A stretch of DNA of 32,000 nucleotides, taken from Candidatus Saccharimonadota bacterium (GTDB lineage: Bacteria; Patescibacteriota; Gracilibacteria; Absconditabacterales; Absconditicoccaceae). The stretch is taken from contig OZ246420.1 in NCBI GenBank assembly GCA_965231145.1, forward strand, positions 660,001 to 692,000, in the 5' to 3' direction. Each line of letters begins with the position of its first letter. The first letter of the stretch is position 1. The position numbers and the translations under genes are program-made. The notes beneath the pieces were generated by a model. The model was not told where the DNA came from. It saw nothing but the letters and a program-made list of their open reading frames with translations, and did not search any database. This document shows positions 9,839 through 19,397 of this stretch, in pieces.

Positions 9839-9867
9839 ATAAGAATAGATTTTCATGTTAGGTATAA

Positions 9868-9895
9868 CAAAAAACTCGACATATGCCGAGTTTTT
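9868..9895. terminator. Bidirectional hairpin terminator
   Basis: AAAAAACTCG-acatatgc-CGAGTTTTT. An A-run and a T-run flank a GC-containing stem. It lies between ncRNA copy B (+) and the VTC gene (-). Confidence 0.5.
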
Positions 9896-9903
9896 CCTTC
9901 CTT

Positions 9904-9938
9904 AATTTTGCTCTTTGATCTCTGCTCTTTGAATTAAT
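9904..9938. repeat. Degenerate heptamer array (5 units)
   Basis: aattttg ctctttg atctctg ctctttg aattaat. Its first 14 nt are identical to 1441..1454. Confidence 0.65.
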
Positions 9939-10822
9939 TAGAAATCCTTGAGCTTCACATGTGGTACACGTGCAAGCTCTTCTTTGACTTCAAGAAGTTT
10001 CTTTTGTACTTTTTCCACTGTGTTGATTTCTTTATGATGGTGCTTATCGATAAACTTAATCGTTTTCTCAAATTTGTCATGGCTCTTCATTCTACCGAAA
10101 TAGTAGACACCAAGACAGTATTTGCTACAACCTGAAGCAGCTTTAATCTTCATCTTCTTCATGAGCTTTGTACTATATCCATTTGCTGTAGAAGATTTAC
10201 TTTCAACAATAGCCACATTACTAAGTTTTATGGTGCGAGCTGAAGGATCTCTGAGATCGTTGAGTTCTACATCGAAGTCGATCGTCAATCTTTCGTCGTT
10301 CGTCTTAGAACAAAGCGTAATACGCTTACATTTTGTCTTAATAGATGGCATGATCTCTTCCTTAGCAAAAGGAAGCCCCATAGACTGACACAAAGACGTA
10401 TAAAATCTCTTGGCGTCTTTGTTCATTACACCGTGCCCCTCTACTCCACATGGATAACGGAACTTACGAATCACTTTTCCTTCTTTTTGCTTCATTTCAA
10501 AGTATGCAAGATCTCCGCTATCAACATAATGTCTCGTTCTTATCTTAATTCTATTTTCTTCTCCCTGCTCATGTTGCTTATAGAAAAGATAATCTTTCGT
10601 ATCCATATAGATGCTATCGTACGTGAAAATATTAACATCTTTGATCGTCAATACATAGAACTTATCCTGAAGCGCAGAAAGAATCTTATCGAGCTGTGTG
10701 AGGTCAATAAGGTATTTTGTATCAATACGCTCCAAAAAACTCATAGAAGCATTGAGCTGATCAAGAGAGATAGTTGTATACTCCTGAAGAGCCTGTGCAA
10801 AATGTTTCATTTCCTTATTCAT
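9938..10822 (-). CDS. VTC-domain (polyphosphate polymerase-like, CYTH-related) protein
   Basis: Start taken at MNKEMKH (ATG 10822), inside the longer track ORF. ERIDTKYLI, IRTRHY and YFEMKQK strands fit the VTC/triphosphate-tunnel pattern. 294 aa. Confidence 0.6.
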   Translation of the reverse strand: MNKEMKHFAQALQEYTTISLDQLNASMSFLERIDTKYLIDLTQLDKILSALQDKFYVLTIKDVNIFTYDSIYMDTKDYLFYKQHEQGEENRIKIRTRHYVDSGDLAYFEMKQKEGKVIRKFRYPCGVEGHGVMNKDAKRFYTSLCQSMGLPFAKEEIMPSIKTKCKRITLCSKTNDERLTIDFDVELNDLRDPSARTIKLSNVAIVESKSSTANGYSTKLMKKMKIKAASGCSKYCLGVYYFGRMKSHDKFEKTIKFIDKHHHKEINTVEKVQKKLLEVKEELARVPHVKLKDF

Positions 10823-11045
10823 GGTCGTCCTTTTGTTTACCCATATAAAGCAGTTTCGTAACAATAGCTTATTATATAGGAAGATCTTGGCGCATGCGAA
10901 AAAGAGACAAGAAAATGAGGGAAGCACAGAAAACAACCATTGACATATCATATTAAATATACAATGATGTTATTTATTCTCAAAAATGGCTAAAATCAAT
11001 CTACAAAAAAAGCCCACCTTTATAGTGTAGCTTCTTATTATTGCT

Positions 11046-12848
11046 TTATGAACCAATAAGTCCGTTCTTCTTTGCGAGCGCTCTCGCTGACTCCGTGAGA
11101 TATTTCTTTCTCAGACGGATATTTTTCGGGGTGATCTCTACGAGCTCATCCTGACCAATATAGCCGAGCGCATCTTCTAATGTAAGATGCACGATCGGCT
11201 CGAGGCGCATCGCCTCGTCATTTCCACTGTTACGTACATTTGTCAGCTGTTTATTCACCGTAAGATTGACGACCAGATCTCCACCTTTGAGATGTTCTCC
11301 TACGATCATACCTTCGTAAATCTGCTGAGCTGGATCCACGAAGATAGGTCCTCTTTCCTGAAGTTTAAAGATACTGTAATTCATGACTCCTCCGGTATTT
11401 CCTGAGATCATTGAACCAACATCACGCTTCGCAATTTCACCTCTAAAAGCATCATACTGAGCAAATGATGAGTACATGATACCCTCTCCTCTGGTAACAA
11501 GAATAAACTCACCTCTCAGACCGAGCAATCCTCTCGTAGGAATATCAAATTCTATCGTCGTGAGACCATTTTCTGAGTTCATAGATTGCATCATCCCCTT
11601 ACGGTTTGCAATCATCTCGATAATCGCTCCTGAAAGATGATCTTCCACATTCACAATAAGCTGTTCAATCGGCTCGAGTTTTTCACCATCCACCGTCTTG
11701 AAAATCACCTGTGGTGGTCAAACCTGAAGCTCCCAGCCTTCTCTACGCATCGTTTCAATAAGCACCGACAAGTGAAGCTCTCCTCTTCCTGATACGATAA
11801 AACGACCATCTTCATTTTCCACTTTCAGTCCAACATTTGTCTCAAGTTCTTTATCGAGTCTCTCTGCAAGATTTCTTGTCGTCATATACTTTCCCTCCTT
11901 CCCCGCAAATGGACTGTCATTTACCAAAAATTCCATACGAAGAGTTGGTTCATCAATAGAAATAGCTGGCATCGCTTCAAATTCTCCTACTCCAATAGTC
12001 TCTCCTACGAAAATATTTGGTATCCCTGAAATAGTGATGATATCACCGCATCTGGCCTCAGATGTCTCTACTCTCTGGAGTCCAAGCGTTGTAAAGATCT
12101 TCACGATTTTCCCTGTTCTTTTCACACCATCATTTCCAATGATAGAAACCTGCTGACCTGCTTTCGCTGTCCCTTCATACACACGACCGATACCAAGTCT
12201 TCCTAAGAAATCATCATATCCAAGATTTGCGATCTGCATACGAAACGGCTTCTCCGGATAATTTGGCGCTTCTGGCACATAGGTGAAAATAGCATCAAAT
12301 ACTGGCGTGAGGTCTTTTGGTTCATCACCAAGCGCCTTGAGAGCATAACCGTTTTTCGCGCTTGCGTAAACAACATGAAAATCTGCCTGCTCATCACTTG
12401 CTCCAAGCTGGATGAAAAGATCAAAAAGCATATTGATAACTTCCTGAGGTCTCGCTGTAGGTTTGTCGATCTTATTGAGAATCACTATAGGCTTGAGCCC
12501 GAGCTCGAGAGATTTCTTCAACACAAACTTCGTCTGCGGCATAGGACCTTCATAAGCATCCACCACAAGAAGTACGCAGTCAACCATACGAAGTACGCGT
12601 TCTACCTCACTTCCAAAGTCAGCATGGCCCGGGGTATCGATAATATTGATCGTATTTCCCTCGTAAGTAACTGCTGTATTTTTTGCATAAATAGTAATAC
12701 CTCTTTCGCGCTCCTGATCGTTACTATCCATAACAAGATCCTGACCTTCGATAGTCTTAAGTGTTCAAGACTGCTTCAAAAGCTGGTCAACGAGAGTCGT
12801 TTTCCCATGGTCAACGTGAGCAATAATAGCAATATTTCTAATAGCCAT
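11046..12848 (-). CDS. typA: translational GTPase TypA/BipA
   Basis: 600 aa after joining through the TGA codons at 12765..12767 (LLKQS-G-T) and 11718..11720 (ELQV-G-PPQVIF). Carries AIIAHVDHGKTTL and DTPGHADFG, and is colinear with E. coli BipA to the C-terminus. Confidence 0.95.
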
Positions 12849-12898
12849 TCATTTAAACTTAAAAGTAAAATCTCAAAACTGAAAATTATTTTTAGTGT

Positions 12899-12925
12899 TG
12901 AGAAAAGCCCTCCGAGAAGGGCTTC
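12899..12925 (-). terminator. Putative terminator after the antiporter gene
   Basis: Stem AAGCCCT/AGGGCTT with a 6-nt loop, then a U-rich tract on the minus strand. Confidence 0.4.
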
Positions 12926-12989
12926 AAGAACCAATACACATTGATTGGTTTGATTATAAGAAAACCAAGGTGAAAAGCAATGTGTTTGT

Positions 12990-13919
12990 TTATATTTGTA
13001 TTCCACCTAACGTATATATTACATACACCACATACAGCAAAATAAACACTATTCCCTGCCACCTTTGTAAGACTTCTTTTTTCCCAAATATAAATGCAAG
13101 CCAAAGTAATAAAGTCACGCCCACACAGATCAGGATATCAATCCATCCATGGTAAGGAATTGAAAGAGGGACAATAAAGCCTGTAATAGCAAGTATAACA
13201 ACGATATTTAATACATTTGAACCAACTATATTTCCAATAGCTATATTATTATTGCCTTTCCATGCTGCGACAACAGAAGTAACAAGCTCTGGCAAAGATG
13301 TACCTACTGCAACTACAGTCAATCAAATCACTCTTTCTGTCATACCAAACAATTGTGCCAATGCTATAGCTCCATCAACAACCCGTTTACCACCTACAAC
13401 CAGCAATGCAATTCCCGCCAATATATATAAGATTGTTTTCTTTGTTCCTATAGAGGAAACATGCTGATCTTCAACATTTCCTGCTCTAAAAATATAATAG
13501 ATAAATATAATAAGAAACAAAACCAAAACGCCTGCGTCTGCACGACTTAATAGCCCGTCATAAGTCAACAATGCCAATCACACAACTATCATCAAAGCAA
13601 GAGGAATGTCTCATACTCTTGTCTGACGATTAATAACCAAGGGAATAATAACTGATGTTATACCTAGTATAAGCAAAATATTTGCAATATTACTTCCTAT
13701 AATATTTCATACAGCCATATCTGTAACTCCATGGGTTGCAGCAAGTACATTTACGACAAGTTCAGGCAGTGAAGTACCCAATGCCACTAATGTTAACCCT
13801 ATAATCATGGGCGAAATACGAATTTTATTTGCCAATGAAGAGGCACCATCGACGAGCCAATCTGCACCCTTTACCAAAAATATAAAACCAATAATGAATA
13901 ATATATATACCATACTCAC
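12990..13919 (-). CDS. CaCA-family Na+/Ca2+ exchanger (YrbG-like)
   Basis: The three track fragments plus the sequence between them join into 309 aa. Two alpha-repeats GTSLPEL. (TGA)NIIGSNI with the TGA at 13707..13709, and ERVI(TGA)LTVVAVGTSLPE. Confidence 0.85.
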
Positions 13920-13948
13920 TCTATAAGAATAAAAACGTCTGAGAGTAA

Positions 13949-14512
13949 TTATTTTGTATATCTAAAGCAAGAAACAAGATGATCATTAACTACCCCTATG
14001 GCTTGTAGGTGTGCATACACGGTTGTAGAGCCAAGAAATGAGAATCCGCGTTTTTTCATGTCTTTTGCTATGGCATCGGAAAGTTCACGAGTTGGTTTAT
14101 AGTCGCTCATGTCTTTAATTTTATGATCAATAACCTCACCATTGGTAAAGGACCAAATATATGCATCGAATGAGCCAAACTCTTTTTGTACCTCCAGAAA
14201 TGCTTTTGCATTTTTGACTGCAGCATGGAGTTTTGCTCTGTTACGAATGATGCCCGCATCATGCATCAGTTCTTCTATTTTTGCTTCATCGAACTTCGCA
14301 ACTTTTTTCGCGTCAAATGACGCGAAAGCCTTACGATAATTTTCACGCCTGCGCAGTATGGTTAGCCAAGAGAGTCCTGCCTGCATGGTTTCGAGTAATA
14401 AAAATTCGAAATGTTTCTTTTCATCGTGCATGGGCACTCCCCGCTCTTCATCGTGATAACGGATATACAAATCGTCTTTTAGACATCGAGAACAACGGCT
14501 CACTCAGTTCAT
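13949..14512 (-). CDS. tag: DNA-3-methyladenine glycosylase I
   Basis: 187 aa, aligning without gaps to E. coli Tag: RC..-x-...LYI.YHD.E-x-GVP, QAGLSW, IIRNR, NDH..C. The two x positions are CGA (14486..14488) and CGG (14441..14443), opposite Tag W6 and W21. Confidence 0.85.
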
Positions 14513-14640
14513 AAAGTAGAAAGTTAAAGGTTTATAAAATAGATAGAGATTCTAGACAGAGATATAGGTCTTTCCTCTGTCTCTATCTCGCATCTCTATC
14601 CGATAAATATAGTCTATCAGAATATATATTTCTTTATTAA

Positions 14641-14666
14641 TAAGAAAAGAGAGATTGCTCTCTCCT
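14641..14666 (-). terminator. Rho-independent terminator after the DUF1761-like gene
   Basis: The minus-strand RNA reads GAGAGA-GCAA-UCUCUC followed by UUUUCUU. Confidence 0.5.
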
Positions 14667-14709
14667 TTATTGATTTACGTTCTAAGTTTTTAGATTTTAG
14701 TGAGTAAGA

Positions 14710-15099
14710 TTAGATAGTCACGAGAACTGCTGCTGATGCAAGAAGGCAAACGAGATTGCAAAATACGGTGATCCACATACCTGTTACGTTTCTGTTTTCC
14801 CAGACCTGAGTACTCCATGCAGTGATAAGAGAGAATCCAAGCCACAAGATACCAGCTGTCATAAGTGCAGGATTCATGGTTGTTACGCCCTGTGAGTTAA
14901 GTACCCATGAGAGAGCCCATACCTGGATGAGTCCAAAAATAAACTGAAGAACCATAGTAAATGCCATACCACCTTTGTTACCATCGTGATGAGGCATAGA
15001 TTTCATGTACATCTTTCCGAAGAGTACTGGAGAGTACCAAAGCATACCGATAATAAATGACACTACTGCTGCAACGATTAGCGCTGTATAATTCATCAT
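14710..15099 (-). CDS. small integral membrane protein (DUF1761-like)
   Basis: 129 aa with 4 predicted TM helices. The N-terminal LWYSPVLFGKMYM block resembles DUF1761. Confidence 0.45.
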   Translation of the reverse strand: MMNYTALIVAAVVSFIIGMLWYSPVLFGKMYMKSMPHHDGNKGGMAFTMVLQFIFGLIQVWALSWVLNSQGVTTMNPALMTAGILWLGFSLITAWSTQVWENRNVTGMWITVFCNLVCLLASAAVLVTI

Positions 15100-15210
15100 A
15101 TGATATATAAGGATAAATGATAAAACGGCTTCATTTCCCTTGACCTTACGCTTTGTGCTATTTCCTTATTGTATAGTAACTTTATAGCATTGTGCAAGAG
15201 ATTCTTATAA

Positions 15211-15245
15211 ACTAAAATCTTAATACTAAAAACTTAAAACCTCAT
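15211..15245. repeat. Degenerate heptamer array (5 units)
   Basis: actaaaa tcttaat actaaaa acttaaa acctcat. Confidence 0.55.
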
Positions 15246-15271
15246 AAGAAGCTTTAAGTTTTAGATTTAAA

Positions 15272-16063
15272 TTATTCTATACCATATACCACATTGACTG
15301 AAAGCGTGAATACCATCTGCCCAGGAGCAAGCTGTGAACTTTCAGGTCCACCGCCCATACCTGCAGCCATATCCATCTTAGCATTTTGTGCATACATAGG
15401 GATAGGCTGATAGCTCATAACTACATCACTAATAGATGATACTTTACCGAGACGAACATCTGCGAGATCTGCAAGTTGGTCTGCTTTTTCTTTTGCCTTT
15501 GTATATGCGAGTCTTCTTGCTTCTTCATAGATCTTATCCTTGTTATCGATATCATACTGCGTTGAGTTGATCTGAGCCCCTTCTACAGCAGTCACCGCAT
15601 CCATGATCTTTCCGCTTTCCTCAAGCTTTCTTACTGTCACTGTTAACTGTTGGTTTGCATCGTATCCTTTTGGAATTGATCTTTGTCCATCATACTCATA
15701 GTGAGGATACATAGAAATATTTGTTGTCTGGATATCCTTATCAGCGATACCGGCGTCCTTGAGTGCTTTTCTGATAGACGAGATTTTTACGTTAGCGTTT
15801 TGAAAAGCCTCCTTTGTTGTCATAGCAGTCTCATTGACTGACACATTGAAGATGAAAATATCCGGTGTTGCATAGACTTTTCCTTCACCATTTACCGCGA
15901 TACTATTTGTTACAAATGGTTGGTTACCAACATTGCTTGTGGTGACATTGTTCTTCGAACCACCTGCGGTGATTGCAACGATCACAATAATAACAATAGC
16001 AAAGATGACACTCAAAATAAGATTATTTCTCATAACGTTGCTTGTAGAAGTTGTCTCGTTCAT
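15272..16063 (-). CDS. SIMPL-domain (BP26/DUF541) protein with N-terminal anchor
   Basis: 263 aa. One TM helix, then GEGKVYATPD...V......T..EA...N...I..I...L...GI..KDIQT......P.Y and a C-terminal ...V.V.Y.I, typical of SIMPL. Confidence 0.7.
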   Translation of the reverse strand: MNETTSTSNVMRNNLILSVIFAIVIIVIVAITAGGSKNNVTTSNVGNQPFVTNSIAVNGEGKVYATPDIFIFNVSVNETAMTTKEAFQNANVKISSIRKALKDAGIADKDIQTTNISMYPHYEYDGQRSIPKGYDANQQLTVTVRKLEESGKIMDAVTAVEGAQINSTQYDIDNKDKIYEEARRLAYTKAKEKADQLADLADVRLGKVSSISDVVMSYQPIPMYAQNAKMDMAAGMGGGPESSQLAPGQMVFTLSVNVVYGIE

Positions 16064-16177
16064 GGGTAAACATACATATAAAAGATAAAAGAGTGATTGA
16101 TGACCTTATAGTCATCTATAGAACGACGTGCAAGAGCATTATGTGACAACTTTTAACTTACTTACTAATTATAGCAG

Positions 16178-16240
16178 TTAGATGTTGGATTTTAGATGTT
16201 AGCATTTTTTTGCTATAATCTAACATCTATAATCTAATTG
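16178..16240. repeat. Degenerate heptamer array (9 units)
   Basis: ttagatg ttggatt ttagatg ttagcat ttttttg ctataat ctaacat ctataat ctaattg. Confidence 0.7.
16191..16219 (+). promoter_or_regulatory. Candidate promoter with extended -10 (TGCTATAAT)
   Basis: TGcTATAAT at 16211..16219, with a weak -35-like TTTAGA 17 nt upstream. It sits upstream of the plus-strand membrane protein gene. Confidence 0.3.
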
Positions 16241-16306
16241 CCATTTTGGATGGATTTAAGACGAATTACATATATAAGTAAATATTTAGATGAGCAAGAT
16301 AAAACG

Positions 16307-16759
16307 ATGAAAGAAAAGATAGCGCAAGCAAAACAACTGACAAAGCAACATATCGACAAGAAGCTCAGAAATAAGATGATCGTCTATTTTGTGGTATCGC
16401 TGATTATGCTTGGAGTTATGATCTACGAGATCACCATAGATGGCGTCGATGCATGGATGACACTTCTTGCGATGGTTATCTGAGTATGACTCGGATCTAT
16501 TACTCATCGTATCTTTCATATCTCCTGGCATGAGGATGAACAAAAAGTCGTTTCTCGCGTCGATCGCACATGAGCTATCATCCTCGTGGTCTATATACTC
16601 TTTTCTATTTTCAGAAGCCAAATCATCGCTTACTTTTTCCAGGGGCCCACTGTCCTTGCTGTTACCATCTCTCTCGTCTTCGGTCTCATGGCCGGCAGAA
16701 TCTATGGCATGAGAAGAAGAATCATCAAAGTTCTGAAGGAACAAGATGTTTTAGGGTAG
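16307..16759 (+). CDS. 4-TM membrane protein (hypothetical)
   Basis: With 3 TGA=Gly codons the frame runs to TAG 16757..16759 (150 aa) and gives four clean hydrophobic helices (VIGVGLGSI, GAIILVVYILF...). The start is uncertain: ATG 16307, or ATG 16250 upstream. Confidence 0.5.
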
Positions 16760-16762
16760 TTT

Positions 16763-17041
16763 TTACTTATAAATGTTTTTTCTATGTCCTATAAGCCCAA
16801 CTATAATCATCCTCCCCTGTTCATCAAAATCAACTATGATACGATAGTCTCCTATGCGATATCTATATGATCCGTATGCAAAATTTACTACTGCTTCTGC
16901 GTAGGCTTTAGGATTTGGCAACGAAGCATAGTATTCTATCTTTTCTTTTATTCTTTTTTGCGTTGTTCTTTCAAGTTGTTGTAAATACCTTAATACTTTT
17001 GGTTTTATTTCTATTTTTCGAGGCATTGATTTTTTAGTCAA
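16763..17041 (-). CDS. relE: RelE/ParE-family type II toxin
   Basis: C-terminal YRYRIGDYRIIV....G...I..IGHRKNIY is the RelE/StbE signature. The maximal ORF starts at TTG 17041. ATG 17026 is an alternative start. Confidence 0.75.
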   Translation of the reverse strand: MTKKSMPRKIEIKPKVLRYLQQLERTTQKRIKEKIEYYASLPNPKAYAEAVVNFAYGSYRYRIGDYRIIVDFDEQGRMIIVGLIGHRKNIYK

Positions 17042-17279
17042 GACCTAAAATCTTTTTTGCTTCTTCCCGAGGTATACTAGGTTCTTTTCTCGCTTCTTCT
17101 AACTCTTTCCAAAAATTCTTTGAATTATACATTTCCGCATCTTCCTTGCTTAACCTAGGAATAATCACGAAATCCGGATGATTTCTTTTACCCAGCAAAA
17201 GTGGCTTACGTTTATATTTCACCTCGTCAAGATACGTAGCCATATTTTTACGGAACTCTGCGATAGAAATTGTGTTCAT
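17034..17279 (-). CDS. Phd/YefM-family antitoxin
   Basis: 81 aa. MNTISIAEFRKNMATYLDEV....PLLL is the Phd/YefM N-terminal pattern. It lies immediately upstream of relE and abuts or overlaps it. Confidence 0.7.
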   Translation of the reverse strand: MNTISIAEFRKNMATYLDEVKYKRKPLLLGKRNHPDFVIIPRLSKEDAEMYNSKNFWKELEEARKEPSIPREEAKKILGLD

Positions 17280-17303
17280 GGTAGTTAATAAGCCAATTAA
17301 ATA

Positions 17304-17327
17304 TGTACATTATGTACATAATGTACA
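17304..17327. promoter_or_regulatory. Putative TA operator: three TGTACA palindromes at 9-bp spacing
   Basis: TGTACA at 17304, 17313 and 17322, 25 to 48 bp upstream of the antitoxin ATG. Confidence 0.5.
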
Positions 17328-17452
17328 ATATTGCAAGAGAAAAGAAATCAGAAAATATCTATTAATGTAAAAATAGCTCATTACAAGATAACGTAATGAT
17401 TAAGGATAAATAATTTAAAATAGTGAGAATATGCAAAGAAATGTATTTATTA

Positions 17453-17809
17453 TTATGAGTTTATAGCATCTTCACTGATCTCCTGCACAAGATCTCGCAT
17501 CTCTACGATCTTATCATCAGCAAATTTGAGAATATGTATTACTTTCAATCCTTTATGCTCAGGAGTAAACTTCAACACACCATAGACCATGACGCGTCCA
17601 TCTTCTTCGATGATCATATCGATCGTATACTGCTTCTCTGGAAAGTGATCTTGGTTTCACTGCATTCCTTTGATGAGCTCTTCTCTTCCTGGCTTTGTGT
17701 ATTGATTATGATGCACAAAATCCTGAGCAACATATACATCAAATGCCTCCTGTATCTTTCCTCCTATGATCATAGTCAGAAACTGCTGTGCAATATTTTT
17801 GTGTGTCAT
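17453..17809 (-). CDS. NTF2-like (SnoaL-like) family protein
   Basis: Not in the track because of one in-frame TGA. 118 aa: MTHKNIAQQFLTMIIGGKIQEAFDVYVAQDFVHHN......G...........IDMIIEEDGRVMVYG......H....V.HILKF.DDKIVE, the SnoaL fold pattern. Confidence 0.55.
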
Positions 17810-17830
17810 ACTTTCTCTCATCAATAAAAA

Positions 17831-18247
17831 TTATTGTGCAGTACTCTCTGCATGCATCTTAAAGTTATCTAATATAGCTTGCCAACCTGCTTTCTGTTGT
17901 TCTACCGGATAGACATTTTCTGCGTCGAAAATTTCTGTTACCTTAGTTGCATCTCCCATGTCTTCAAATGAGACAGTTACTTTTCTTCCGTCTGCCATAG
18001 CGTACTCTATGCGCTCATTTTCTTCTACTACAGAATAAACACCACTAAAATCAAAACTTGCGCTACCATCTTTTGCGGCCATAGTGGTGACAAATGTTCC
18101 ACCGACACGAAGATCATTTGTAGCAGCTGGTGCATGCCAGTCATCAGAAGCAAAAGCCCACTGCATGATATCTTCAGGATTATTCCATGTAGCCCATACA
18201 TGATCTACCGGAGCTTGTACGATAGTTGAGACGGTGATTTGGGTCAT
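17831..18247 (-). CDS. SRPBCC-superfamily protein (AHSA1/START-like)
   Basis: 138 aa. I.AP...VW..W..PE....W, then GG.F......DG.....F.G.Y..V..NERI.Y, typical of the Aha1-like domain. Confidence 0.65.
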   Translation of the reverse strand: MTQITVSTIVQAPVDHVWATWNNPEDIMQWAFASDDWHAPAATNDLRVGGTFVTTMAAKDGSASFDFSGVYSVVEENERIEYAMADGRKVTVSFEDMGDATKVTEIFDAENVYPVEQQKAGWQAILDNFKMHAESTAQ

Positions 18248-18275
18248 AGGAATTCTTACATTATAAAATAAAAGA

Positions 18276-18794
18276 TTATTGTAACTGTTTAGATTTAAAC
18301 AAAGATAGCTTTTGTTTAATAGATTCTATTCTTTCATCTTTCTCATCTAACGATTCTATTATTTTACCATATTGATATATTACTTCACTATAGTTTCATT
18401 GTTTTTCATATTCATTCGCTAAAATCACCCTCTCAGTAATGCTAACTCAAGGTTGTCTAACTAAAGAAAGCAAATGATTGAAACTAATAAGTATGAATAT
18501 TGCTATTCCTGAAATAATCTGAAGGAAATAGGTCGGTTGTACAAATAATAAAATTACTATAAAAAGTGCCATAAATAGATAAAAGCCATATACGAAAACA
18601 TGATTGAATGTAAGTTTATAAGATTTGATTTCGACTTTTTTATGAAACAAAGAAATAATTAATCCGATCACTAGTCCTAAACAAATAAATCCTCCATATA
18701 GAAGATATTGACTATACTGAGGAAAGGCGTCTTTGAATCATAAAAAGACACCTATCGTACCGACTATTCCTGTAACAATCGAGAATGCATTCAT
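18276..18794 (-). CDS. membrane protein with C-terminal coiled coil (hypothetical)
   Basis: Three TGA codons extend track ORF 18447..18671 in both directions to 172 aa. Four hydrophobic helices, then a charged helical tail. Confidence 0.5.
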
Positions 18795-18820
18795 TTTATA
18801 AGAATTATATAATAAATTGA

Positions 18821-19282
18821 TTACTTCCCCTTCTCACTGATCTCCTTCAACACTTCTAACGCCTTAGGCCACGCACCTTCCATAAAGATCTGGAAACTTT
18901 CATCTATATCAATATCTACGCCTACTGTTGTTACTCCTTCCTGTTCTGAAAAAGTATAATTTTCATGTGCTCCAATCCATGATGCGTTCTCACCAGCAAT
19001 AATCTCACCATTGCTGATCTCGGCTTCATGTCTGAGTGAAATAAACTCATATGGTTTATTTTCTTCTACTACTGCCAACATACCTCCGGTCTGTGTTGGA
19101 TCTTTTGGATCTGGTCAGATGAAACGCATTTCTGATCCTTTTGACCAGTCACCTTCGTACCAAGAACCTGCTGGATTGAACGGAGCCGTCCACTGCTTAT
19201 ATGTTTCAGCACCGAGCATCATATCCCAAACTTTTTCTTTAGGAGCATTAATTTCGATTGAGAAGTGTGTTTTCTTCAGCAT
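18821..19282 (-). CDS. SRPBCC-superfamily protein (AHSA1-like)
   Basis: ATG 19282. One TGA (MRFI-G-PDP) joins it to track ORF 18821..19081, giving 153 aa. I.AP.EKVWDMM......WT.PF......EGDWS.GS..RF. Confidence 0.6.
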
Positions 19283-19362
19283 GTATATATAAACAAAAGA
19301 TAAAAGATATTTTCATTCGTAATTCGATGTTCGAGTATCGAATCAATGGTTACTCCTTGCTT

Positions 19363-19397
19363 AATTTAGCATTTCGAATTTATAATTTAGAATTATT
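19363..19397. repeat. Degenerate heptamer array (5 units)
   Basis: aatttag catttcg aatttat aatttag aattatt, directly 3' of sufB. Confidence 0.6.

Noticed and set aside
14541-14600. The imperfect long palindrome agatagaga...agacagag / ctctgtct..ctatct upstream of tag, as a regulatory hairpin or small RNA.
   Set aside because: It can fold, but it is built from the same stuttered-word spacer material (offset 13 here) and has no flanking promoter or terminator signals that I could support.
16178-16240. Heptamer arrays as CRISPR-like or microsatellite contingency loci.
   Set aside because: The units are 7 nt with no spacers, arrays are at most 10 units, and the units are degenerate rather than identical. 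There are no cas genes. Most arrays are intergenic, so phase variation of coding frames is unlikely, except possibly in uvrC.
16286-16744. An uninterrupted 152-aa minus-strand ORF opposite the proposed 4-TM gene.
   Set aside because: Its product is low-complexity, acidic and has no features. The plus-strand frame gives four clean TM helices, with UGA codons falling in Gly-rich helix segments, and has an upstream extended -10. This remains uncertain, hence the moderate confidence on 16307..16759.
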